This document shows, in pieces, positions 7,585-15,332 of a DNA stretch of 17,511 nt. Origin of the DNA: Conexivisphaerales archaeon. Its GTDB lineage: Archaea; Thermoproteota; Nitrososphaeria; Conexivisphaerales; DTJL01. The notes under the pieces are model-generated. The model did not search any database and was not told the DNA's origin. It saw only the letters and a program-made list of their open reading frames with translations. Numbering within the stretch: the stretch's first letter is position 1; every line of letters starts with the position of its first letter. A program made the translations under genes and the position numbers. The stretch spans positions 1 to 17,511 of the forward strand of contig JBEKZX010000031.1 of assembly GCA_049509455.1 (NCBI GenBank), in the 5' to 3' direction.

Positions 7585-7601
7585 CCTAGGGCCATAATAA
7601 A
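7585..7601 (-). promoter_or_regulatory. TATA-like box plus conserved downstream GG.CCTAGG (copy 2)
   Basis: TTTATTATGGCCCTAGG on the minus strand; GTG 7569 lies 25 nt after TTTATTA. Confidence 0.45.
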
Positions 7602-7903
7602 CCAAGCGGCCTTGCAGGAGCCTTGCAAATCAACGAAGGAGATCATGATTCGCGGGTGATGCGCTCTAAGAAGGGATCAGTCTCTTCATGGAGGTAGCTT
7701 TCGCTAAGGATCTCATGCTCTTGGGGGCAAGACTCAGACTTGGGAATCGGAGCCCTCGTCTCGGCCGATGTCTTTCCCTGCTTGGGACTACCTCTCTCCT
7801 CCAATAGACGATCCTCACCATCGCCATTGGGCGGACGTCGCCCTGAAGACTGACCGAGCGGACTCCTTCCTTAGAAAACCTTCCCTTCCGTGAGGCAATC
7901 ACC

Positions 7904-8953
7904 CTAGCTTGGGTTTCCCTTGGCTTTCACCATGGCGATGGCCCTGAACGCCGCATCCTGGACGTCGGGGTCATCGTCGAGGGAGGCCCGAGTCAGCGGG
8001 CCAAGACTCCTCTGATCCCCGATCTTGCCGAGCACGACCGCCGCCCTAGTCTTTATGTCTCTGTCTGAGTCGTTGAGGGCCGCGATCAAGTCGTCGATGG
8101 CCGGCGTCCCCACCCTCTCCAGTGCAAGGGCAGAAGCCATCCGCACGTTCCAATTCCCGTCCCTGAACGCCCCCATCAGGTCCTCCAAGGCCGGAGCTCC
8201 GATGGTGCCCACTATTTCTGCAGCCCTCTTCCTTACATCTGGGTCGTCGTCCCTGAGGATGGAGATCAGGGGTCCGATGGCAGGAGGACCCAGCTTGACC
8301 AGGCTCTCTCCCGCCACCAATCTGACGTCAGCGCTGGCGTCCCGGAGGCTGCCTATCAAAGGTTCCACTGCCCTCTGGTCTCCTATGCGCCCAAGGAGCT
8401 TGGCTGCCGTGACCCTCACGGAGGCGCTGGAATGGCGCAGCGTCTTCAGGAGCGGGACCACTGATGGAACACCCAGCCTCAGGAGAGACCCTTCAGCGGC
8501 CTGCCTCACTCCCACGTCCGGATCTCCGAGCGCCTCTGCGAGAGGTTCGGCGGCCTCCGGGTCTCCTATCTTCCCCAACGAAGTGGCGGCAGTCATCCTG
8601 ACCTCCCAAGAGTCGAAGGCCATGCTCCGAACAAGAGGCTCTGTGGCCTTCATGTCTCCCCTCTCTCCCAGCACCATGGCCGCCTGCTTCCTGATCTTCT
8701 TGTCCTTGTGGTTCAGAAGGGAGATGAGAGTCTCTATGGATATCCTCTCCTCTGCCACGCCTTCGATGGGGTTCTCTTCACCCGGGCCGGCCATGGTCTG
8801 CCATCCGCTAGAACGGGCGGCCGTTATTAGCCGTAACGCTCTGTGTCGCCCGCGCCGGGTCAGGGCCTCCAGGGCGCGAGCTTTTTTACTTACGACCTTC
8901 CTGTCATCAAACATAGCGATGAACGTCATCTCCGAGTCTTCGACATCGACCAC
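7904..8953 (-). CDS. HEAT-repeat (PBS lyase HEAT-like / HEAT_2) protein
   Basis: About eight ~31-aa repeats of VR..AA..LG.IGD..A.EPL...L.D. The true start may be downstream (ATG 8794, MAGPGEEN). Confidence 0.93.
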   Translation of the reverse strand: MVDVEDSEMTFIAMFDDRKVVSKKARALEALTRRGRHRALRLITAARSSGWQTMAGPGEENPIEGVAEERISIETLISLLNHKDKKIRKQAAMVLGERGDMKATEPLVRSMAFDSWEVRMTAATSLGKIGDPEAAEPLAEALGDPDVGVRQAAEGSLLRLGVPSVVPLLKTLRHSSASVRVTAAKLLGRIGDQRAVEPLIGSLRDASADVRLVAGESLVKLGPPAIGPLISILRDDDPDVRKRAAEIVGTIGAPALEDLMGAFRDGNWNVRMASALALERVGTPAIDDLIAALNDSDRDIKTRAAVVLGKIGDQRSLGPLTRASLDDDPDVQDAAFRAIAMVKAKGNPS

Positions 8954-8958
8954 TAGAC

Positions 8959-9912
8959 TTGATGGACTCGAGACGGCGACTCACGCTGGAGAGTGTCCCT
9001 CACATGTGGCCTAGCGGAGCCAAGCTCGCGTTCGCCATAAGGGACGACGACATAAGCTACTTCACTTCGACGGAGATGTTCAAGAGGGTTCACAGGCCGG
9101 CCCTCTCGAAGGGGTTCCCACTTTCCTGTGCAGTCATACCGGAACATAGAAGTTCCAACAATCCCAACGTGCCACCCAAGATGAGAGCCCTGGACTCTAG
9201 GTTTCCGGTCAGCGAGAACGAGATGCTTGTCGACCTCCTCAAGGAAATGCTGCATTCCGGCCGATTGGAGATAGTGCAGCATGGGCTGGCTCATAACGAA
9301 GACAGGGTTGAATTCACGAGGTCGGAGTTCGAAGGCCTGACCCTGGACGAGACCAAGGCGCGGGTCAGGAGGGGGAGGGAGGTCCTGAGACGCGTCTTCG
9401 GCTGTCAGATTGCGACTTTCGTGGCACCACAGGAGCGCCTCACCCGACCCCTTTTGAGGGCCCTCTCCGAAGAGGGATTCGCCTGCTACTGTGGAAGCGC
9501 ATTCAGCTCTCCAGCTGAGCATCGGCTTCGTCTGCTGGCACACGGCGATGACCTTTGGCGGCTTCGCTGGCGCCTCAAGGAGGGAGGTCTCAGGACCAGG
9601 CCCGTTCATCTCATTCCGTCCTTCGACCTCTACTCGGGCCACCTGTCGAGGCTCTTCAAGGCCGGAAGGGATGTTGTGAAGGACGTTAGACAGGGCATCC
9701 TTGAGGCGCTAAAGAGGGAGTCTTACTTCGTTGTTATCACACACAGTTGGAACTTCTACCACGAGTGGGATTCCATTCGGCCCTTGATGATTGACACGTA
9801 TGAGAGTATCCTGGAGTTCGTCGATTCATTGGGAGGAGACGTCTGGAAATGTCGTCTCTCTGATGTCGCGCGAGCAGCGACGGAAGGCGTCGGGGGAGTC
9901 CCCCCCTCCTAA
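8959..9912 (+). CDS. DUF2334 / NodB-like polysaccharide deacetylase family protein (likely start ATG 9004, MWPSGAKLAFAIRDDD)
   Basis: CE4-like motifs in order: RDDD, AVIP, QHGLAH, FVAPQE, ITHSW. No signal peptide or hydrophobic helix. Confidence 0.85.
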   Translation: MMDSRRRLTLESVPHMWPSGAKLAFAIRDDDISYFTSTEMFKRVHRPALSKGFPLSCAVIPEHRSSNNPNVPPKMRALDSRFPVSENEMLVDLLKEMLHSGRLEIVQHGLAHNEDRVEFTRSEFEGLTLDETKARVRRGREVLRRVFGCQIATFVAPQERLTRPLLRALSEEGFACYCGSAFSSPAEHRLRLLAHGDDLWRLRWRLKEGGLRTRPVHLIPSFDLYSGHLSRLFKAGRDVVKDVRQGILEALKRESYFVVITHSWNFYHEWDSIRPLMIDTYESILEFVDSLGGDVWKCRLSDVARAATEGVGGVPPS

Positions 9913-9971
9913 TGACCCACGGCCTCTGCTGTTGCCGGCTCGAAGCCTGATGGAACAATTAATAGCCCGGA

Positions 9972-11207
9972 ATGCTCTCTTTGGGTCGCGGGATATTGCG
10001 CATACTCTACCTTTCGTACTATTACCTCCCACACGTCGGCGGAGGGACCTGGACAACCTACAACTTGAGTTCGCAGCTCGCAAGGAGGGGCCACTCCGTT
10101 GACCTCGTGACTCCGAACGTCGTGCACACGATGACGGTGTCCGACGCCGAGTCATCTAAGTTGGAGATTGGGAATCCGTCCCGGCTTCACAGGGCCCCCA
10201 GGGTCAAGCTCCCTCGGTCCCTCGGGCCGCCGCTCTCCGCCCTGCCTGTGTTCCTCGAAGCCCTCAGGCTCCGAAGACGGTTCGACGTCATAGTATCGCA
10301 GCATCATCCGCATCATCTCACGACCTGCGTGTCGGTCCTTCTGGGCAGGGTGCTGGGCGTTCCTGTGGTGGTCAGGGCCGACGATACATACAGGGAGATG
10401 CGGGTGAGCTTCGGCTTCTATGATCCCTTCGTCAAGGCCTTCAACACGATCAACGAATCCTTCCTGAAGAGGGCATCCAAGGTCTTGGTCGTCACGTCGG
10501 AGAGTCGTGTGAGGTTGGGGGCGAGGTTGAGAGGAAGGGTTCCATCTTTCGGCGTGGGCCTGAGCCCGAACGGCATCGACCTGCAGGGTCTGGAATCCCG
10601 GAGAGACGGGCGAGGCAACAGAGAGGAGCTAATGCCCTCTTCCAAAGGTGGGGTGATACTCTTCACGGGTCACTTTGCCGGGATACAATATGGTGTCGAA
10701 CTTCTTCTTAGGGCACTATCGATAGCCAGGGAGACCGTCCCCGGGGCCGAGCTGCTTCTCGTGGGAGATGCCCTGACCCCGGCCACGAAGTCTATCGTCT
10801 CATCCCTGGGCCTGGGCGCCAGCGTCAGGGCCTATCCGCCGCAGCCGCCCGCGGAGATGTACAGGTTCATTGATGCGGCCGACGTCTGCGTGGGCCCGTT
10901 GATGCCCACTCAGGCGCTCCCGTTGAAGGTGATAGAGTACATGGCCTGTGGCAAACCTGTGTTGACGGGGCTCCACAGCGTAACCAGAGACCTGGCAGTG
11001 GATGGCTTCAACTGCGTGGTCGTTCCTCCGGAGCCTGGCGCCATCGCGAAGGCGCTCGTCGAGCTACTCACCGACGGAGACCTCCGCGCGCGGCTCGGTT
11101 CCAACGCCGCTCGGACGGCTTTGGGCTTCACCTGGGAGAGGATCGCCCGCGACTTGGAAGGCCAGCTGCTTGAAGCGGTGAGGCGATGGAACGCGCACTC
11201 CAGGTGA
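9972..11207 (+). CDS. Glycosyltransferase family 4 (possible start TTG 9996, MRILYLSYYY)
   Basis: N-terminal YLPHVGGG...LARRGHSVDLVT, then SPNGID, ILFTG, and DVCVGP...PLKVIEYMACGKPV. Confidence 0.95.
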   Translation: MLSLGRGILRILYLSYYYLPHVGGGTWTTYNLSSQLARRGHSVDLVTPNVVHTMTVSDAESSKLEIGNPSRLHRAPRVKLPRSLGPPLSALPVFLEALRLRRRFDVIVSQHHPHHLTTCVSVLLGRVLGVPVVVRADDTYREMRVSFGFYDPFVKAFNTINESFLKRASKVLVVTSESRVRLGARLRGRVPSFGVGLSPNGIDLQGLESRRDGRGNREELMPSSKGGVILFTGHFAGIQYGVELLLRALSIARETVPGAELLLVGDALTPATKSIVSSLGLGASVRAYPPQPPAEMYRFIDAADVCVGPLMPTQALPLKVIEYMACGKPVLTGLHSVTRDLAVDGFNCVVVPPEPGAIAKALVELLTDGDLRARLGSNAARTALGFTWERIARDLEGQLLEAVRRWNAHSR

Positions 11208-12400
11208 GGCGGCGGGAATTGCAGGGACGCAGGCTGAAGGTCCTCTTCCTGGCGACCTGGTATCCCAATGAAGAGGGCCGAGTGGCTGGCATATTCATCC
11301 AGAGGCACGCGGAGGCGGTCTCTCGGTACTGCGAAGTGACGGTACTGTACATCCACCGAAGCAGGCGATTGAAGCATGCCAGGGTTGAGAGTACGGTCGA
11401 ACGTGGCATGCCCACCGTCCGGGTTTACCTGAGGAAACCCATTATGGATAACCGATTCTTCAGCGAGCTGCAGCTCCTCGACTATCTCCTGAGCGGCTAC
11501 CTCGCCGGCAGGCTCATGATCAAGGAGTTCGGCAGGCCAGACCTGATCCACCTAAACGTCACGCTCCCTGTGGGGCTCGTGGGCCTTCTCCTCAGCCTCC
11601 TGAAGGGCATTCCCTACGTCGTAAGCGAACACACGGGACCGTTGGCCACGATGCTCGATACCCCGCTCGCCCGGGCCTCGGCCAGGCTGGTCCTGGGCAG
11701 GGCAGAGGTCGTGCTTCCGGTCTCCTCGGCTCTCAAGGGCCAGATCGATTCCTTCTACAAGGGCTTGCCCTGCCTTGTGGTCCCGAACGCCATCGACACC
11801 CAGAGGTTCTTTCCGCTGGCCAGTGCCGCAAGTCCCAGAGGGAGAAAAGTGATCCTATTCGGATCGAGGCTCGAAGACAGGGAGAAGGGCGTCTCCGGGC
11901 TGCTCAGGGCCGTGAAGGTTCTCAGCCAAAAGAGGAGGGACTTTGAGCTCCACATCTTTGGCGGAGGCAGGGACGAAGAGAATCTGAAGCGGCAGGCAGA
12001 GGAGCTCGGCCTAAAGGATATGTTGATCTACTTCGATGGAGGCATCCCCAACCCCGAGCTTGCCCTGAGGATGAGGACATCCGACTTCTACGTCCTGAAT
12101 AGCCCGTTCGAATCCTTCTCTGCAACTTCGGCGGAGGCCCTGTCTTCGGGGATCCCCGTCATCTCCACCCGCTGTGGCGGCCCCGAGGACTACCTGAACG
12201 ATGACGTCGGCCTGTTGATTGAGCCAGGCAACACGGAGGAGCTGGTGCGAGCGATTGACTATATGCTCGACCACCACAGGGACTACGATCCCACGGTGCT
12301 TCACCAGTACGCCGCAAGCCGGTTCTCATACGATGTTGTAGGGGCACGGCTGGTTGAGATCTACCGAGCCGTCTGCCGCGCAGCTCAGAGACGAGGCTAG
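11186..12400 (+). CDS. Glycosyltransferase family 4 (possible start GTG 11204, overlapping the upstream TGA)
   Basis: KVLFLATWYP...GIFIQRHA, SEH, VVPNAID, EKG...LL.A, and ESFSATSAEALSSGIPVISTRCGGPE (E-x7-E). Confidence 0.95.
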   Translation: MERALQVRRRELQGRRLKVLFLATWYPNEEGRVAGIFIQRHAEAVSRYCEVTVLYIHRSRRLKHARVESTVERGMPTVRVYLRKPIMDNRFFSELQLLDYLLSGYLAGRLMIKEFGRPDLIHLNVTLPVGLVGLLLSLLKGIPYVVSEHTGPLATMLDTPLARASARLVLGRAEVVLPVSSALKGQIDSFYKGLPCLVVPNAIDTQRFFPLASAASPRGRKVILFGSRLEDREKGVSGLLRAVKVLSQKRRDFELHIFGGGRDEENLKRQAEELGLKDMLIYFDGGIPNPELALRMRTSDFYVLNSPFESFSATSAEALSSGIPVISTRCGGPEDYLNDDVGLLIEPGNTEELVRAIDYMLDHHRDYDPTVLHQYAASRFSYDVVGARLVEIYRAVCRAAQRRG

Positions 12401-13323
12401 AACTTCGTGCATCGCCAGGCTGGCAAGAGGTCTCTCAGGGCCGCGCCGATGTCGTATCGAGGGGACCATCCCAGCTGCCTTTCAGCCTTGTTGATGGAGA
12501 GCTTCATCGAGACCCGTCGCTGTTGAGTCTTCCTCACCTCAATCTTGCTCCTGGAGCCCGTCTCATCCACGACCTTCCGGGCAAGCTCCAGGGTGCTGAC
12601 CGAGGTGCGCCCGGCGATGTTGAAGACTTCGAACCTCCGCGCTACGTCGAGTTCGAGGGCCCTCTTGATCGCCTCCACGACGTCCTTCACGTAGACCAGG
12701 TCCAGGCGTTCGAACCCCGAAAGATGCCTAAACACCACAAGTGACTGATCTCTCAAAGCATTATTCAAGAATTCGGCCAGAACGAGATTGCAGGGCATGC
12801 CGGAGCCGTAAACCGACGACATCCTCAAGATGATGCAGCTGATGGGGTAGGACTTCGCATACCTTTCACATATCCCCTCGGCAAGAAGCTTCGACTTGCC
12901 GTAATTCGTGAGGGGAACGGCGGGGCCTCCTTCGCCGACGACCCCGGGCTGACCGCCGTAGACCGCCATGCTTGACGCCAACACGAACCTGGCAACGCCG
13001 GCCTCGATGGCCATGGTCATGGCGTTCACGGTCCCCAGTACATTGACGGTCGTGTTCTCGGTCAGCGTGTCCTCCCTCTCCGATCGGACCATGGGGCGAT
13101 ACGCCGCCAGATGAACAACTGCCTTGGCTCCCCTGGCGGCCCTTGATGCACGATTGAAGGAGGCCTTGCCGGGCCTGCCGATGTCCAAATTGATCCCCTC
13201 GTGGCGTGAATCTGTTTTCGCGTTCCTGGAGATTCCGACGATCTCCGAGCCCTCCATCGTTTCCACCAGGTGGCTCCCTATGAAGCCCGTGTGCCCGGAG
13301 ATCACCAACTTCAAGGAAGGCAC
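12397..13323 (-). CDS. NAD-dependent epimerase/dehydratase (extended SDR, nucleotide-sugar modifying)
   Basis: ISGHTGFIGSHL (GxxGxxG), VVHLAA, SSMAVYG, YGKSK (YxxxK), LRMSSVYG, DLVYVKDV. Confidence 0.95.
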   Translation of the reverse strand: MPSLKLVISGHTGFIGSHLVETMEGSEIVGISRNAKTDSRHEGINLDIGRPGKASFNRASRAARGAKAVVHLAAYRPMVRSEREDTLTENTTVNVLGTVNAMTMAIEAGVARFVLASSMAVYGGQPGVVGEGGPAVPLTNYGKSKLLAEGICERYAKSYPISCIILRMSSVYGSGMPCNLVLAEFLNNALRDQSLVVFRHLSGFERLDLVYVKDVVEAIKRALELDVARRFEVFNIAGRTSVSTLELARKVVDETGSRSKIEVRKTQQRRVSMKLSINKAERQLGWSPRYDIGAALRDLLPAWRCTKF

Positions 13324-14367
13324 CTAGGGGATCAGGATGCCCTTGTCCACTTCGTCGGCGTCCACGAAGAGGGCTCCGTTATCTGTGTTCCTGATGGTCA
13401 TAACCCCTGCCTTCATGGGGTCCTTCCTACGCGGGAGCTCCACGGGCTCGTCCAGCGCGAGCTTGGCATAGAGGTAGGGCAGGTTAAGCCCGGCCGCGGT
13501 ATAGGTGAAGGAGGACATATGGAACCTTCCTGAGTTGATCTCCGTGACCTTGGGGAAGCCGTCGCCCTTCAGGTCGATGTTGTAGACGCCGTTGGGGCGC
13601 TTCTCCAGCGCGTTGACAACCTTAGTCCCCGCCCGGTTCAGCGTCCTGTCGTTCATCGTGACGCCCAGGTTTATGTTCCCCGTCACCCCGGTGGGGGAGA
13701 TCTTGTCCATAAAATAGCGGAGTCGGAGATAGCCCCCCATCGCTATCAACGCACCGTCCTTGTAGAGGCCTATCCAGCCCAGGTTCCTTCCCGTGAGGAA
13801 CTCGGAGGCCGTGAACTCCCCGTACCCCCGCCAGTACTCTATCCAGAACTTGGCCTGGCCTTCATCGTAGGCGATCAGTGACCTTAGGCCGCCGGCCCCC
13901 CTGCGTATTCTGAGCCAAACAGGGCTACCTATCTCTGCAAACGCCCTAGATATGTCCTCCTGTCCCCGGACCAAGAGGGTCCGCGGCTCTTCGACTTTGC
14001 CGCGAAGTGCGTTGTATGTCAGCCACTTGTCCCTGGTCACCTCTATCGCCTCATGGCTGGGGAGGAAGACCCTGCACCCGACTTCGTCCCTATGTTTCGA
14101 GACCTCGTACACCTCGGCGTCGGGCGAGGGCATGACCAGGTCGATCCTCTCCTTCCTGACGATCCTGGACACGGCGGGGATGTAGCCCTCGTCGGATGCG
14201 GGGGGGACGAGGTAGTTCCTCTTGGCGTAGGAGAAGCCGAACCTCACGTTGTATCTGTCGCTGTCAGCGCCGATCAGCCTGAACTCTTTCGGGTGCTTCA
14301 GGAGAGACCTGGCGACCCCCTGAGCCGTGTTGCCGCCTATCCCAGTGAGGAGGATCCTCTTCATCAA
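13324..14367 (-). CDS. ATP-grasp (carboxylate-amine ligase / CarB-like) protein of the type found in glycan clusters
   Basis: RILLTGIGG..AQGV, LIGADS, YLVPPA...Y...V..IV.KE.IDLV.P, DKW, GAGG, SEFLTG, NIDLK, EINSGRF. Its stop abuts the epimerase start (TAG-GTG). Confidence 0.88.
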   Translation of the reverse strand: MMKRILLTGIGGNTAQGVARSLLKHPKEFRLIGADSDRYNVRFGFSYAKRNYLVPPASDEGYIPAVSRIVRKERIDLVMPSPDAEVYEVSKHRDEVGCRVFLPSHEAIEVTRDKWLTYNALRGKVEEPRTLLVRGQEDISRAFAEIGSPVWLRIRRGAGGLRSLIAYDEGQAKFWIEYWRGYGEFTASEFLTGRNLGWIGLYKDGALIAMGGYLRLRYFMDKISPTGVTGNINLGVTMNDRTLNRAGTKVVNALEKRPNGVYNIDLKGDGFPKVTEINSGRFHMSSFTYTAAGLNLPYLYAKLALDEPVELPRRKDPMKAGVMTIRNTDNGALFVDADEVDKGILIP

Positions 14368-14390
14368 CGTCCCTTCCCTGGCGCTCGACC

Positions 14391-14396
14391 TTTATT
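14391..14396 (-). promoter_or_regulatory. Candidate TATA box for the ATP-grasp/epimerase pair
   Basis: AATAAA on the minus strand, 23 nt before TTG 14367. Confidence 0.35.
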
Positions 14397-14481
14397 GGTG
14401 TTTCACTCGCAACTCGCCCCCTCTCTCCATCGAGAGAAGAAAGCTCCGCCGTGGCTTCTATGATGGCCGCCAGGGTGCAGT

Positions 14482-14928
14482 CTACGGCACCTGCACCGCG
14501 GTGAGTTCAATGCTGTAGCTATAGTAGTCGGTCGCGCTGAAGTGCACGCCTACCGACGCTTCATATTGGGCCCCTGGCTCCGCGAAGGATGCGACACCCA
14601 CCCCCTCGGCCGTCTGGTTCACTTGCAGTGGAGAAGTCGAGTTGAAGGGTGGCTGCCATTCCATCGTCGCAACATCGAAACCTCTCGAGATAACCTCTAC
14701 GTATTGTATGGGCTTGCCGAAGTTGTTAGTCACATTCACCATGACAGTAGTCGTGCCGTTCGAAAGGGAATAGGTTAGGCTCACCTGGATGTCGGGAGTG
14801 AAGCTGTTCTTAGGCGCAAGGTAGGGGAGGATCAAGAGACCAGCCACGACGATGACGACGATGACTGCAGCGGCGAGGGCCAAGAGCATTCTCTTGCTGC
14901 GCCGCCTGCGGTAGGGGACCCAGGTCAA
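14482..14928 (-). CDS. Single-anchor extracellular beta-rich (Ig-like) protein
   Basis: RRRRSKR, a ~22-aa hydrophobic helix, then alternating beta pattern (VNVTNNFGKPI, YEASVGVHF). Four sequons. GGGTGAG precedes the TTG. Confidence 0.8.
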   Translation of the reverse strand: MTWVPYRRRRSKRMLLALAAAVIVVIVVAGLLILPYLAPKNSFTPDIQVSLTYSLSNGTTTVMVNVTNNFGKPIQYVEVISRGFDVATMEWQPPFNSTSPLQVNQTAEGVGVASFAEPGAQYEASVGVHFSATDYYSYSIELTAVQVP

Positions 14929-14934
14929 CTCTGC

Positions 14935-15057
14935 TCACCCGCGACCGCGGAGCACGTAGAAGCCGATGTCGCCGCAGATGCCGGGCGCCGTCTTCGCACC
15001 TATTTGGTTTCCATCTTTCAAATCGCCGGTCATTGTTGAGGGGCCCCGATACGCCAT
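14935..15057 (-). CDS. Candidate 40-aa small protein
   Basis: MAYRGPSTMTGDLKDGNQIGAKTAPGICGDIGFYVLRGRG*; GGAGG lies 7 nt before the ATG, the stop is 6 nt before the next gene, and TTTATTA sits at 15084-15078. Alternative start ATG 15033. Confidence 0.4.
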   Translation of the reverse strand: MAYRGPSTMTGDLKDGNQIGAKTAPGICGDIGFYVLRGRG

Positions 15058-15300
15058 CCGCCTACCTCCGTGGCTGCTAATAAACTAGACACGGACTCAG
15101 AACCCGCCTCATGGGTGGCGCTCAGGACGGAACGGCCGCCTTTGGGTTCATCCCTCGTGGGCAAACCGAATTGATTCGTGTGGAACGCAAGATCACTTTG
15201 CTTATGCCGCGGAGGGGTTCGGCGATGGCTGGTCTAGCGGCGGGGGTCCAATGTGGCCCCGCTCGTTGTGTGAGGCGTACGGCCTCACACATCCGACAGC

Positions 15301-15306
15301 TTATTA
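15301..15306 (+). promoter_or_regulatory. Candidate TATA box for the GT-C-like gene
   Basis: TTATTA 26 nt before the in-frame ATG 15333, the same spacing as at 2799/2826. Confidence 0.45.
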
Positions 15307-15332
15307 GAGCGGGAACTTGTGCAGGGTGTTCG

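Noticed and set aside
8025-9014. 329-aa plus-strand ORF
   Set aside because: Antisense shadow of the HEAT gene; Ser/Ala/Pro-rich with no recognisable motif.
8953-9642. 229-aa minus-strand ORF
   Set aside because: Lies antisense within the deacetylase, which has clear catalytic motifs.
14482-14928. Archaeal type IV pilin
   Set aside because: No class III signal peptide: there is no G/A cleavage residue after the basic stretch and no Glu at +5.
15111-15332. ATG 15111 as the start of the 590-aa ORF
   Set aside because: The first 74 codons are unlike the rest, and ATG 15333 has a TATA box at the spacing seen elsewhere. ATG 15111 is not excluded, because TAATAAA lies 26 nt upstream of it.
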